Positions 14,698-23,759 of a stretch of DNA of 32,000 nt are shown piece by piece. Source of the DNA: an uncultured Bacilli bacterium (GTDB lineage Bacteria; Bacillota_I; Bacilli_A; RF39; UBA660); assembly GCA_910584305.1 (NCBI GenBank), contig CAJTZW010000007.1, forward strand, positions 34,804-66,803. Reading direction: 5' to 3'. The notes beneath the pieces were generated by a model that did not search any database, had not been told where the DNA came from, and was given only the letters and a program-made list of their open reading frames with translations. The translations under genes were made by a program, and so were the position numbers. Every line of letters starts with the position of its first letter. The stretch's first letter is position 1.

Positions 14698-15483
14698 TTA
14701 TCCCTCCAATATTTTTGACTGTAATAAAACATCCACTCCATCAAATTCAATTCTTTCTGGACTAATTCCTAATAAAACATGATTACGAATGCCAATCCCC
14801 TCAATCTCAATTTTATCAACAAAAAAACAACGCATGACTTGGTGATGATTAACTGTTGAAACAGGAACATATATATACTTTGAAATTAAATTCTCTGGAA
14901 TAATTCCAGGGTTTATAATCACAATAGGGTGATGGAAATATGGATCTTCTAAAATATTCCCTGTATCTAAATATCCAGTTAATTCAAATTTTGAATTTTC
15001 AAAAAATACATTCATTCGATAATAATATTGAAATGTCCGTTTTAACTCTTTTCCTTGTTTCACATAATTATATAAAATAAATGGTGAGAATAGAACCAAA
15101 ATAATAAAATTAATACTAAGTCCATGATAATAAAATACAAGCCCATCCTGTTTATAAGAAAACTGAATATTTAGATAATACAAAAACCCACCTAATACAA
15201 TACTTGTCATATACAAATACCCCAAATTCTTCAAAACATAAGCCATATTTTTATACGAAAATGTAGTCAGTACCATCAAAATACTCATTCCTAATTTGAT
15301 AAGAAAAAGTTGTAGAGATGTAAGGGAGACAAAAAGGCAGAATATTGTAAGCGCACCCACTAATGCACCAAAAATAAGTCGTTTAAAAGAAGCCCTACGT
15401 TTCAATAAAACGGATACACTTAATAATAACATAAAATCAAATCCAAAATTTAAAAGAAAAATAAGATCCACATATAATTTCAT
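14698..15483 (-). CDS. spoIIGA: sigma-E processing peptidase SpoIIGA
   Basis: It has a polytopic N-terminal half and the aspartic protease motif GYLDTGN in the C-terminal half. I prefer the ATG at 15483 (GGTGGTGA Shine-Dalgarno, MKLYVDLIFLLNF...). Confidence 0.85.
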   Translation of the reverse strand: MKLYVDLIFLLNFGFDFMLLLSVSVLLKRRASFKRLIFGALVGALTIFCLFVSLTSLQLFLIKLGMSILMVLTTFSYKNMAYVLKNLGYLYMTSIVLGGFLYYLNIQFSYKQDGLVFYYHGLSINFIILVLFSPFILYNYVKQGKELKRTFQYYYRMNVFFENSKFELTGYLDTGNILEDPYFHHPIVIINPGIIPENLISKYIYVPVSTVNHHQVMRCFFVDKIEIEGIGIRNHVLLGISPERIEFDGVDVLLQSKILEG

Positions 15484-15569
15484 GTTATCACCACCCAAAG
15501 TATAAAAAAAATAACATGATAAACATGTCGTTTTATAGAAATTACGAACAAATAAAATAACTTGCAATA

Positions 15570-15716
15570 TTAACGTAATACTAGTTCACTTTGCATTTCT
15601 AAATCATCTTCCAATACTACTTGAGATGTGTCGGTTGTAAAAGTAGTTAAATAGGTAAATCCTAATACAAAAACAACAAACCCCACTAATATTTTACTAT
15701 GTAACATTTCAATCAT
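15570..15716 (-). CDS. small single-TM membrane protein divergent from lexA (candidate SOS-induced division inhibitor)
   Basis: The ATG at 15716 is preceded by AAGAGGAGGG. The 48-aa product is MIEMLHSKILVGFVVFVLGFTYLTTFTTDTSQVVLEDDLEMQSELVLR. Its promoter has a LexA box in the spacer. Confidence 0.55.
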   Translation of the reverse strand: MIEMLHSKILVGFVVFVLGFTYLTTFTTDTSQVVLEDDLEMQSELVLR

Positions 15717-15740
15717 AAATACCCTCCTCTTACTATCTAA

Positions 15741-15769
15741 AGTATACATCAAACAAATGTTCGTGTCAA
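15741..15769 (-). promoter_or_regulatory. sigma-A promoter of the small TM gene with a LexA box in the spacer
   Basis: On the minus strand, -35 is TTGACA (15769-15764), the spacer is 17 nt, and -10 is TATACT (15746-15741). The spacer contains CGAACATTTGTTTG. Confidence 0.6.
15750..15763. promoter_or_regulatory. LexA (Cheo) box 1
   Basis: caaacaaatgttcg compared with the Firmicute consensus CGAAC-N4-GTTCG has one mismatch. It is the exact reverse complement of box 2. Confidence 0.65.
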
Positions 15770-15778
15770 TATATATTT

Positions 15779-15792
15779 CGAACATTTGTTTG
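15779..15792. promoter_or_regulatory. LexA (Cheo) box 2
   Basis: cgaacatttgtttg has one mismatch to the consensus and overlaps the -35 of the lexA promoter. Confidence 0.65.
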
Positions 15793-15818
15793 ACTTTTTA
15801 CAAAAACAATGATAAAAT
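15790..15818 (+). promoter_or_regulatory. sigma-A promoter of lexA
   Basis: -35 is TTGACT (15790-15795), the spacer is 17 nt, and -10 is TAAAAT (15813-15818). Confidence 0.55.
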
Positions 15819-15838
15819 GAACACAGAATGTAAAGGAA

Positions 15839-16468
15839 GTGATTTCTATCAAAATTTTAACGAAAAGGCAAGAAGAAATTTTAAACTATATAAAGAGTTA
15901 CATTGTATCTCATGGATATCCCCCAACTGTTAGAGAAATTGGATCTGCACTAGGAATATCTTCACCCGCTACCATTCATGCACATCTTTCAAATCTAGAA
16001 CAAAAAGGTTATATTAAAAAGGATGGTTCTAAAAATAGAGCATTAGAATTACTCGTTGAAAATGAATTTGCTCCAAAAGGAAACGATGTAGTCGTAGACG
16101 TCCCATTGCTAGGAAATATTACGGCAGGAAGTCCCATTGAAGCCATTGAGCATCCAAATGAATACTTTTCTCTACCATCCTATTTAATTCCTAAAAATAA
16201 AGATGTATTTACACTCCATGTACATGGAACAAGTATGATTAATGCTGGCATTTTAGATGATGATATTGTAATTGTCCAAAAGCAAAACACAGCAAGAAAT
16301 GGCGAAATCGTAGTTGCTATGACAGATGAAAATGAAGTGACTTTAAAAACATATTATAAAGAAGAAACTTATTTCCGCTTACAACCAGAAAATGACTCCA
16401 TGGAGCCAATCATCTTACCAAATGTCACAATTTTAGGAAAAGCAATTGGACTATATAGGAAAATATAA
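15839..16468 (+). CDS. lexA: LexA repressor
   Basis: LTKRQEEILNYIKSYIVSHGYPPTVREIGSALGISSPATIHAHLSNLEQKGYI is a winged-helix domain. The cleavage-site region reads NITAGSP, and the catalytic residues are Ser in HGTSM and Lys in LKTY. The GTG start is poorly spaced from its Shine-Dalgarno, so the exact start is uncertain. Confidence 0.9.
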   Translation: MISIKILTKRQEEILNYIKSYIVSHGYPPTVREIGSALGISSPATIHAHLSNLEQKGYIKKDGSKNRALELLVENEFAPKGNDVVVDVPLLGNITAGSPIEAIEHPNEYFSLPSYLIPKNKDVFTLHVHGTSMINAGILDDDIVIVQKQNTARNGEIVVAMTDENEVTLKTYYKEETYFRLQPENDSMEPIILPNVTILGKAIGLYRKI

Positions 16469-16498
16469 AATTACACATTTTGTGTAATTTTTATTTTA
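16469..16498 (+). terminator. rho-independent terminator after lexA
   Basis: AATTACACA-TTT-TGTGTAATT is followed by TTTATTTT. It overlaps the 3' end of the convergent 301-aa ORF. Confidence 0.55.
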
Positions 16499-17376
16499 GT
16501 TTTATAATATTTTTCTACCACAGACACATTTGCATTCAGAATATTTTGTGTCTCTAGTATATTAACAACTGTAGAAATTGGTAATTGTTGTACTGTTGAT
16601 TCTGGATAAGCAGACGTTACAATCTCCCAATTACATTCTGTCACCAAAATAGCTACCACCCTTCTCTTAATATCATCTACTTCAAGATCCGGATCACATA
16701 TAACATTTTTAATATATAGTGCTTGATCTAAATTCACTGCTTCACTGATTGCCTTAGCCCCAAAAACTGCAAGTTCTCTATCAATTACTTGGTCATTACA
16801 TAAAATATCCAATATACTTTTCGCCTGAAACTCTGTATTTGATGCTTCAATATAACAGATACCCTCCAAAGAAAGCATGGAAGGAACACAGGAAATAGCA
16901 ATTGTTTCATACTTTGCTTTATACTCTGCAGAGGATTTTAAAATAATACTCACTGCTAGTTTAGCGAGTCCTAATTTTTGTAACTCTGGGTTGCATTGTA
17001 TAAGCGATGCATATCTTGCTTGATAAGCATGCGTCGCAGAATTAATAATTCGAATAAGGGAATCATCTGGAACCCTATCAATCATACCATTACTTAATAA
17101 ATCAAGCACAACGCCTAAATGTTTAATGCCACAAAGTTTTTTAATTTCCGCACTCATATATAGGGATTTTGGATCATCATGATATTTCCTCTTCATGAAT
17201 TGTGTAGAGTAACCTGCAAACTTTATTAACTTGCATCTTCTCTCTATATCTTCACATTGTAAAATCTCTCTAGCCCAGGAATCAGAGATATTAAAAAACA
17301 ATTCTAAACCAACAGAATCGATTCCACTCGACTGTAGACTTTTTAACAATTGGACCGCATACGTTCTTTTCATCAC
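16471..17376 (-). CDS. hypothetical protein (301 aa, helical, Cys-containing)
   Basis: This is a long ORF convergent with lexA. I recognise no motif. Confidence 0.45.
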   Translation of the reverse strand: MMKRTYAVQLLKSLQSSGIDSVGLELFFNISDSWAREILQCEDIERRCKLIKFAGYSTQFMKRKYHDDPKSLYMSAEIKKLCGIKHLGVVLDLLSNGMIDRVPDDSLIRIINSATHAYQARYASLIQCNPELQKLGLAKLAVSIILKSSAEYKAKYETIAISCVPSMLSLEGICYIEASNTEFQAKSILDILCNDQVIDRELAVFGAKAISEAVNLDQALYIKNVICDPDLEVDDIKRRVVAILVTECNWEIVTSAYPESTVQQLPISTVVNILETQNILNANVSVVEKYYKTKIKITQNV

Positions 17377-17488
17377 TACTCACCTTTTCAATCATAACGC
17401 AAAACGCCAATACTATACTCCTATTTACAGATTCTTTAGCAGAACAATACATGAATAGACAAAAAATCTGCACGAATGGTAAAAATAA

Positions 17489-17511
17489 GCACATAGACTC
17501 TATCTATGTGC
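17489..17511 (-). terminator. rho-independent terminator after the lipoprotein gene
   Basis: gcacataga-ctcta-tctatgtgc forms a 9-bp stem, followed on the minus strand by TTATTTTTA. Confidence 0.55.
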
Positions 17512-17521
17512 CACTATAATT

Positions 17522-18169
17522 CTATTGATTTTTATCCCGAAAATTTTCATACCAACTCTTTATTTTTTGTTTCCCATTTTCATATTTTTCAGATATAGTA
17601 TCTCTCCAACTAGGCCATTTAGCTTCTATATAAGTATGAACTGTATCATAAACATTGAATACAATTTCTTTCGCACTTTCTGATAATGACGCTAAAGTTC
17701 TTCCACCAATCGTACCACCATAAAATAGAAAATCTACAACTTTGATAAAATCTTTTTTTACAGTATCCGTAATAGAATCTGTACATTCATTTATCTTATC
17801 GCCAAGCTTTTGAATATAATCTATAACTTCCTCATCACTCATGGTATACTCTTCTGTATTAGAATCATTATAAATAATAGTCTCTTCTATCACAGTAGGC
17901 ATTGTCGTTTTCTCTTCTACTGTTGTTGTAGGTAATACAGTAGTTGTGACACTTTCCGTTGTCGTAGGCATAATAGTAGTCATTTTTTCTAATGCAGAAG
18001 TGGTAGAGTCTGTTTCACTCAGGTTAGATAAAGTTGTCATATCCTCTGAAACAATCTCACTCGTTTTATTCTGATAAGGATTAACCTCCTTTTTTTGACA
18101 ACCAACCATCACAAAACTCATTCCTGTCAAACATAATATTTTCTTTAAATTCAATTTAAAATTTTTCAT
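17522..18169 (-). CDS. putative lipoprotein with Thr-rich linker
   Basis: MKNFKLNLKKILCLTGMSFVMVGC contains the lipobox VMVGC. Its ATG at 18169 forms an ATGA overlap with the queH stop and has a GAGGT Shine-Dalgarno. Confidence 0.6.
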   Translation of the reverse strand: MKNFKLNLKKILCLTGMSFVMVGCQKKEVNPYQNKTSEIVSEDMTTLSNLSETDSTTSALEKMTTIMPTTTESVTTTVLPTTTVEEKTTMPTVIEETIIYNDSNTEEYTMSDEEVIDYIQKLGDKINECTDSITDTVKKDFIKVVDFLFYGGTIGGRTLASLSESAKEIVFNVYDTVHTYIEAKWPSWRDTISEKYENGKQKIKSWYENFRDKNQ

Positions 18170-18783
18170 AATATAACCTCTCTTTTGGAATAAATACATC
18201 CACAGTAATCCTGTCGATACAAATGATACTCCCTAGACAATTCTATACTTCGCTTATACCCATCCTTCTTTTTAAAATCTGACACTAAATATAAAACATC
18301 ATATTCTTTTTCTAAATACCGTCCGATTTGATTTAATGTATCTGCCTTTTTGTAAGGGCTTACTGATAATGTTGTTGTAAAATAATCAAAATTATATTGT
18401 TTTGCTATACGTGCAGTATCCTCTAACCGTAAATAGTAACACTTACTACATCTAGCGCCACCCTCCTTTTCATGTTCAAGACCCTTTGCTATATCTTCAA
18501 AACGATTATTATCATATTTTCCCTCTAAAAAATGAATTGGGTGAACTGCTGGAAAATCCTTTATAAAACGTTCAATTTCTCTTATTCTTTTCTCATATTC
18601 CTCATAAGGAGAAATATTTGGATTATAATAATAAATTGTAATTTCAAAAAAAGAGGATAGCTTTTCTAATACAGAACTACTACAAGGGGCACAACAAGCA
18701 TGAAGTAAAAGTGTAGGAACCCTATGTTGCAACGCTTCCTTTTCTATCAACAATTCCATACTTTTTTGATAATTTTCTTTCAT
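18166..18783 (-). CDS. queH: epoxyqueuosine reductase QueH (DUF208)
   Basis: The pattern LLHACCAPCSS ... CSKCY ... YRQDYCGC matches the cysteine pattern of QueH. I prefer the ATG at 18783 (AAGGGA Shine-Dalgarno). Confidence 0.8.
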   Translation of the reverse strand: MKENYQKSMELLIEKEALQHRVPTLLLHACCAPCSSSVLEKLSSFFEITIYYYNPNISPYEEYEKRIREIERFIKDFPAVHPIHFLEGKYDNNRFEDIAKGLEHEKEGGARCSKCYYLRLEDTARIAKQYNFDYFTTTLSVSPYKKADTLNQIGRYLEKEYDVLYLVSDFKKKDGYKRSIELSREYHLYRQDYCGCIYSKREVIL

Positions 18784-18807
18784 AAAATCATCCCTTATCA
18801 AGATACT

Positions 18808-18842
18808 ATTCTAGCACACTTTACAAACAAAGTAAAATGATA
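18808..18842 (-). promoter_or_regulatory. putative promoter of queH
   Basis: On the minus strand, TTTACT is followed by a 17-nt spacer and TAGAAT, with TGC just upstream of the -10. Confidence 0.3.
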
Positions 18843-18909
18843 AGACAACATAACTATACGAATGTATAATTTATTATAAAATTGGTACACTAATGAGGAG
18901 AGTGATACT

Positions 18910-19419
18910 ATGAGATTATTATTATATATGGCTATTTTTATCAGTAAAATATTAGAAAATGCACTAGCTACTGTCCGCCTAATTGTAGTTGCAAATGGAA
19001 AAAAATGGTTAGGGGCTATTTTAAACTTTATAATCTCTATTATCTGGGTATATACAGCTGGTCTTGTCATCATAAATATCAAACGGGATTTACTCAAAGT
19101 TGTATTCTTCTGCCTAGGTTCTGGAATTGGTTCCTATGTTGGAAGTTATATCGAAAGTAAAATGGCACTTGGAAACAATTTATTAACATGCATTATTAAC
19201 AAACAAGATTTACCTATGATTGATCAATTAAGAAAAGAGGGTCTAGGAGTCACCACCATTCCAGGCTATGGAAAAGATAATGAGAAATATGTCTTGCTAA
19301 TATTTGCCCCTAGAAAACAAAGAAACAAAATTGTAAATGAAATCAAAAAAAGGAATCATAACTGTATGATTATTTCAGAATCTGCAGTTCCAATCTATGG
19401 AGGTTATACAAATTCATAA
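18910..19419 (+). CDS. UPF0316 family membrane protein (DUF2179-containing)
   Basis: The N-terminal membrane half ILENALATVRLIVVANGKKWLGAILNFIISIIWVY and the C-terminal soluble domain resemble the YebE/UPF0316 family. Shine-Dalgarno GGAGAG. Confidence 0.7.
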   Translation: MRLLLYMAIFISKILENALATVRLIVVANGKKWLGAILNFIISIIWVYTAGLVIINIKRDLLKVVFFCLGSGIGSYVGSYIESKMALGNNLLTCIINKQDLPMIDQLRKEGLGVTTIPGYGKDNEKYVLLIFAPRKQRNKIVNEIKKRNHNCMIISESAVPIYGGYTNS

Positions 19420-20060
19420 GCCCTATCAGTAATAATATAGTCTACTTTTGATTTATAATATTGCACCTTATCCTTATCATTCATTGTCCATATCATAGAC
19501 ATTTTATGTGTATATCGAAAACTTCTATAATGATACATAACAAATTCAAATGGTGTAATATCTTTATTTTGATTCATTGTATATCCAACAATAAGTCCCA
19601 TCAAAATATTAGGATACCTCTCCTTTAACTTACGCAACAAATCATAATTAAAACTACACAAATAAATGGTAAGATTACTATATTGGGTAAAAATAGACTT
19701 TAACGCTTCTATCCAATCCACACTAACATTAGTTCGTTCTTCCTTCACTTCAAGCAGTAAAATTTTTTTTGACTCAATCTTAGAAAGCAATGAAGACAAA
19801 ACAGTAATCTTATCTTGAAATTGATGTTGCTCAAATGTATAAGATAATAACTCATCTAAAGTTAAATTATGTACAAAACCACTCCCATCGCTAACAAAAT
19901 CAATAAGTATATTATGAAGAAGCACAATCTTCTTGTCTTTTGTTAAACGTAAATCACACTCAATTCCATCCAAATATGGTTGCTGTAAACTAAATAAAAT
20001 CGCCTTTTCACTATTTTCTCTATATTTATGATTATCATTTCCCCTATGCGCAATAAACAC
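19404..20060 (-). CDS. glycerophosphodiester phosphodiesterase family protein
   Basis: It shows the GDPD hallmarks FIAHRG....ENS...A, ...ECDLRLTKDKKIVLLHN. Confidence 0.75.
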   Translation of the reverse strand: MFIAHRGNDNHKYRENSEKAILFSLQQPYLDGIECDLRLTKDKKIVLLHNILIDFVSDGSGFVHNLTLDELLSYTFEQHQFQDKITVLSSLLSKIESKKILLLEVKEERTNVSVDWIEALKSIFTQYSNLTIYLCSFNYDLLRKLKERYPNILMGLIVGYTMNQNKDITPFEFVMYHYRSFRYTHKMSMIWTMNDKDKVQYYKSKVDYIITDRAYEFV

Positions 20061-20095
20061 AATATCACCTAATAAAGTATATGAAAAAAAGTATC

Positions 20096-20665
20096 TTATT
20101 GATACTTTTTTTGATGACCATGATTTTGGATTTTAGACTCTATAGAAAACCCAATCTCACTAAGAGCAATCGCATTCTTTTTCATAACTTCACAATCTAG
20201 TATAGAAGCATTTGGATTATACTCATATTCCTTTCTAAGTAGTGCTGAAGTATAATATCCATCATAACGAAAGAGTTCTTGATACGTATACAAATTAAAA
20301 AATTCACAAAACAAACTATATACTTCAACATTTCTCATAGCGCCATTCGAATTTACTAAAACATATAATGGAGTTAAATCTAAAGAATTAGATCGATGTA
20401 ACTTTCTAATATAGGCTGTAATATCCTCATACGTCAAAAGTGTATTACATGAATCAAAATAATTGGTCTCATATATAATGCCATATAGATATATCATAGC
20501 TTTTGAAATATCATGAATTTCAGGAACTTTTGAAGGCAATATAATACGTGTATTAAGAGATGATAAAAAAGAAACCATTTCCCTTGAATCATAAGTAAGT
20601 TTATATTCTTTCATAATTTCTCCGTCCATACACATAATTTTTTGCATAATAAAACCCACTTTCAA
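20096..20665 (-). CDS. hypothetical protein
   Basis: This is an ORF of up to 189 aa with several candidate Met starts. I recognise no motif. Confidence 0.4.
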   Translation of the reverse strand: MKVGFIMQKIMCMDGEIMKEYKLTYDSREMVSFLSSLNTRIILPSKVPEIHDISKAMIYLYGIIYETNYFDSCNTLLTYEDITAYIRKLHRSNSLDLTPLYVLVNSNGAMRNVEVYSLFCEFFNLYTYQELFRYDGYYTSALLRKEYEYNPNASILDCEVMKKNAIALSEIGFSIESKIQNHGHQKKYQ

Positions 20666-20674
20666 AATAATGTA

Positions 20675-21262
20675 TCATTCCACAATATCATTATTCTCAA
20701 ATTTAATATCTAAAAATTTACGACTTGCTAAAAAATCACACATATGAACAAATCTTTGGTACTTATTGGATGGTGCAGGTAAAACCTCATTTCCTTTATA
20801 ATCACTTGTCCAAGGCCCCATATGCGTAGAAATTACATTGGTAATAAAATCAATTTCAGAATCACTAAGAGTTAATTTATCCCTATTTTCACGAATATAA
20901 TCACAAACCACCAAAGGATGATCAAAAACAGTATATTCAGACTTCTCCCTACCATGTTTTAAGCCATCATGAAGAATAAGTGCAAAAATCATCAAATCTT
21001 TCTCATCATCAGTAAATTTGCCAGTAACACTTTCCGTCCTATATAATTCATATGCCATACGTGCTGCCACCTTTGTATGACGAACCAGGCCTCCTTCTCC
21101 TAATGAAAATGATGGATGATACTTACCTGTAGAACTCGCAGCAACTTCAAAAAAATAATCTGGTAAAAGTTCTACCATCTTTTTTAAATTTTCTCTATAT
21201 TTAGAATTTTTAATATATGTATACTCTTTTTCAAATACTTGAACTTTATTCATTACTATCAC
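20675..21262 (-). CDS. HD-domain phosphohydrolase
   Basis: It has ...RHTKVAARMA... and ALILHDGLKHG (the HD dyad). Confidence 0.7.
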   Translation of the reverse strand: MIVMNKVQVFEKEYTYIKNSKYRENLKKMVELLPDYFFEVAASSTGKYHPSFSLGEGGLVRHTKVAARMAYELYRTESVTGKFTDDEKDLMIFALILHDGLKHGREKSEYTVFDHPLVVCDYIRENRDKLTLSDSEIDFITNVISTHMGPWTSDYKGNEVLPAPSNKYQRFVHMCDFLASRKFLDIKFENNDIVE

Positions 21263-22349
21263 ACCCTATAAAATGTATCAATATATCATTTGATATATAT
21301 ATATACTTATTATTTATTTTAATATAATCTAGAGAAATAAGCAACTGCTTATTATCTAATAAATCTTTAATAGGAAATACCTTTTCCAACTCTATCCCAT
21401 ATTTTTTAAAAAAACAAGACAAAGAAACCCCTTCCAATTTACGAAGGCCTAAAATCATCTCATTCTCCATTGTTTCTTGTTTGCTCAAAAGATGTTCCTC
21501 ACTACGATACTTTCCACAAGTATATGAAGATAAATTTCTAGTATTGGTATAACGTACATCATCAATATACCCACTTGCTCCAAGACCAAATCCATAATAA
21601 TATAAATTATTCCAATACATTAAATTGTGTTTAGATGAAAAGCCTGGAAGTGCAAAATTACTAATTTCATAATGATTGTAGTGAGAAAACTTATCACATA
21701 TTAATTTGTACATTGCTTCATCTACTTCTTCATCAATAGAAGAAATACCTTGATGATACAACACTGTATGAGGTTCGATCATGAGTGAATATGTTGATAC
21801 ATGTGGAACATTTAATTCTAAAATACACGATATATCATTTTCTAAATCCTTTAATGTTTCTCCTGGCAATGCATACATTAAATCTATATTAATATTAAAA
21901 ATCCCATAAAATCGTAACATTTGAATACCATCTATAACCATTTCTTTTGTATGATGTCGATTTAAAAATGTCAAAAATTTAGTTTGAAATGTTTGAACAC
22001 CTAAACTCACTCGATTTACACCGTACTTTTTCATCAATATAATTTGCTTTTCTGTTAATAATTCTACATTACACTCTACAGTATATTCATATTCTTTATC
22101 ATGAAATACAGTACTCACAATCTGTAATAATCTCTCAAATTCTTCATCATATAAACAATTTGGGGTCCCACCACCAATATAGATAGTAGATAACTTCTCT
22201 CCCTTATAATACATTTGTATCTCTTTTTGTAAAGAATCTAAATATTCAGATATCCATTTACGATAATACTGCAACTTACAAAAATCACAATATGTGCAAA
22301 TAGATTTACAAAAAGGAATATGAATATACATTGACTGTACACCATTCAT
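21246..22349 (-). CDS. hemW: radical SAM heme chaperone HemW (HemN-like)
   Basis: YIHIPFCKSICTYCDF contains CxxxCxxC. Its size and position downstream of lepA match many Firmicutes. Confidence 0.85.
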   Translation of the reverse strand: MNGVQSMYIHIPFCKSICTYCDFCKLQYYRKWISEYLDSLQKEIQMYYKGEKLSTIYIGGGTPNCLYDEEFERLLQIVSTVFHDKEYEYTVECNVELLTEKQIILMKKYGVNRVSLGVQTFQTKFLTFLNRHHTKEMVIDGIQMLRFYGIFNINIDLMYALPGETLKDLENDISCILELNVPHVSTYSLMIEPHTVLYHQGISSIDEEVDEAMYKLICDKFSHYNHYEISNFALPGFSSKHNLMYWNNLYYYGFGLGASGYIDDVRYTNTRNLSSYTCGKYRSEEHLLSKQETMENEMILGLRKLEGVSLSCFFKKYGIELEKVFPIKDLLDNKQLLISLDYIKINNKYIYISNDILIHFIGCDSNE

Positions 22350-22407
22350 AGTTAGTCACTTCCTATAGTTATAGTATATCATAGCAAATAAAAATTAGGA
22401 AACTATC

Positions 22408-23373
22408 CTAATTTTTCATTTGTTTACAATCTTCTCCTGATTCATTTAATTGAATTGATTCCATAGGTATTCCTAATCCTTTACAAACTATAGGTACCAT
22501 AGAATGCTTCAAAATTCTTTGAATAACAGCAATAGGATATCCCACAACCTCTTGTAATTTTTCTATATCATTAGGAAACCTATATACATCCTGCACCACA
22601 CTTGTAATTAGTTCCCTACAATCCCCAATTCTATTTTGCGTCAAAATTGATTCAATATTTAATAATGACTTTAGTTTTTCATATACATTTGGTAATAATA
22701 TATCTTTTAAACAATCGTCATTTAAAGATGCTACAAGTTCATTTATATGATATCCATGATCCTTAGCCATTCTTTTCATATCTCCATTATACTGAAAAAA
22801 GTAGGCCACCTTTTGAAGAAGAGAAAACTGATAATTGGTAACATTAAAAACATCTGGATAAATCAAACAGCGATACTCTGGATCTCTTACAATAAACATA
22901 TCTTTTCTATTGATAGGTAATGTTTTTCTAATTTCAATTGATTTTTGAAGTAAGTCCACTACACCATCTCCAAATTCTGTTCGAATATAGTCTTCATTTG
23001 CAAGCATATCTGGAATCATTTTTTCCCCTACAAATATACGTTTTGCAATTTCTTCATAGTTATATAAACTATTTGACATATAATATATAAGATTTAACAT
23101 AGTTTGTTTATATGCACGCATTTTCTCATGCGCTTTTTCAACTGGTTGCAATTCCTGTCTTCTTATAGTTATTAACTTCCAAATATCCTTATCGAAACAA
23201 TCCAGAATTTTATCCTTATCATCTAAAACCTTTTTGATAAACTCTACACTTTCTCCTGTTTCCTTTGCAATTGTATCATAATCAGTATGATTGATAAATA
23301 ACTTAACAATTACCTGTAACAGTTCCCTATCAAATTCCACATTTGCGCTATTGTCCATATACCTTCCCCTCAT
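22408..23373 (-). CDS. hypothetical protein (321 aa)
   Basis: This long ORF lies between spoIIID and hemW. It has several short helix-turn-helix-like segments but no motif I can name. Confidence 0.45.
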   Translation of the reverse strand: MRGRYMDNSANVEFDRELLQVIVKLFINHTDYDTIAKETGESVEFIKKVLDDKDKILDCFDKDIWKLITIRRQELQPVEKAHEKMRAYKQTMLNLIYYMSNSLYNYEEIAKRIFVGEKMIPDMLANEDYIRTEFGDGVVDLLQKSIEIRKTLPINRKDMFIVRDPEYRCLIYPDVFNVTNYQFSLLQKVAYFFQYNGDMKRMAKDHGYHINELVASLNDDCLKDILLPNVYEKLKSLLNIESILTQNRIGDCRELITSVVQDVYRFPNDIEKLQEVVGYPIAVIQRILKHSMVPIVCKGLGIPMESIQLNESGEDCKQMKN

Positions 23374-23429
23374 TTCCTCGTACTATTATAACAACTATTT
23401 AAAAAAATGCAAGAAAAAAGTAGATTTTA

Positions 23430-23708
23430 TCATCTACTTTGTTTTAAACTCAAATACTTTTGTTTTGTAGCCTCTCCGCCACGAAGATGCTTCTCTTCCT
23501 TATTAGCATCTAGCTTTGCACGAACCTTTCCATACAAATCCAAATCTATATCCTTTAGGCGTTCTGCTAAATCTTTATGTACAGTTGATTTAGAAAAATT
23601 TTCATCTTCAGCTAGACTACGTACTGTTGCTCCTTTACATAAAATAAATTTTTCCCCTAACCTTAATGCCCTTTGCTCGATTACAACATGATGATTTGTT
23701 CTTCCCAT
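23430..23708 (-). CDS. spoIIID: sporulation transcriptional regulator SpoIIID
   Basis: ...TVRSLAEDENFSKSTVHKDLAERL...HLRGGEATKQKY matches the SpoIIID HTH and the C-terminal RGGEAT motif. Confidence 0.85.
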   Translation of the reverse strand: MGRTNHHVVIEQRALRLGEKFILCKGATVRSLAEDENFSKSTVHKDLAERLKDIDLDLYGKVRAKLDANKEEKHLRGGEATKQKYLSLKQSR

Positions 23709-23759
23709 TGTAACATTCCTTTCTCATACACTAAAATATATGTATGAGAAAAAAATTTA

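Noticed and set aside
15570-15785. The 71-aa version of the ORF divergent from lexA.
   Set aside because: Its first 23 codons would cover the LexA boxes and the promoter elements. The internal ATG at 15716 has a near-perfect Shine-Dalgarno, so I annotated the 48-aa form.
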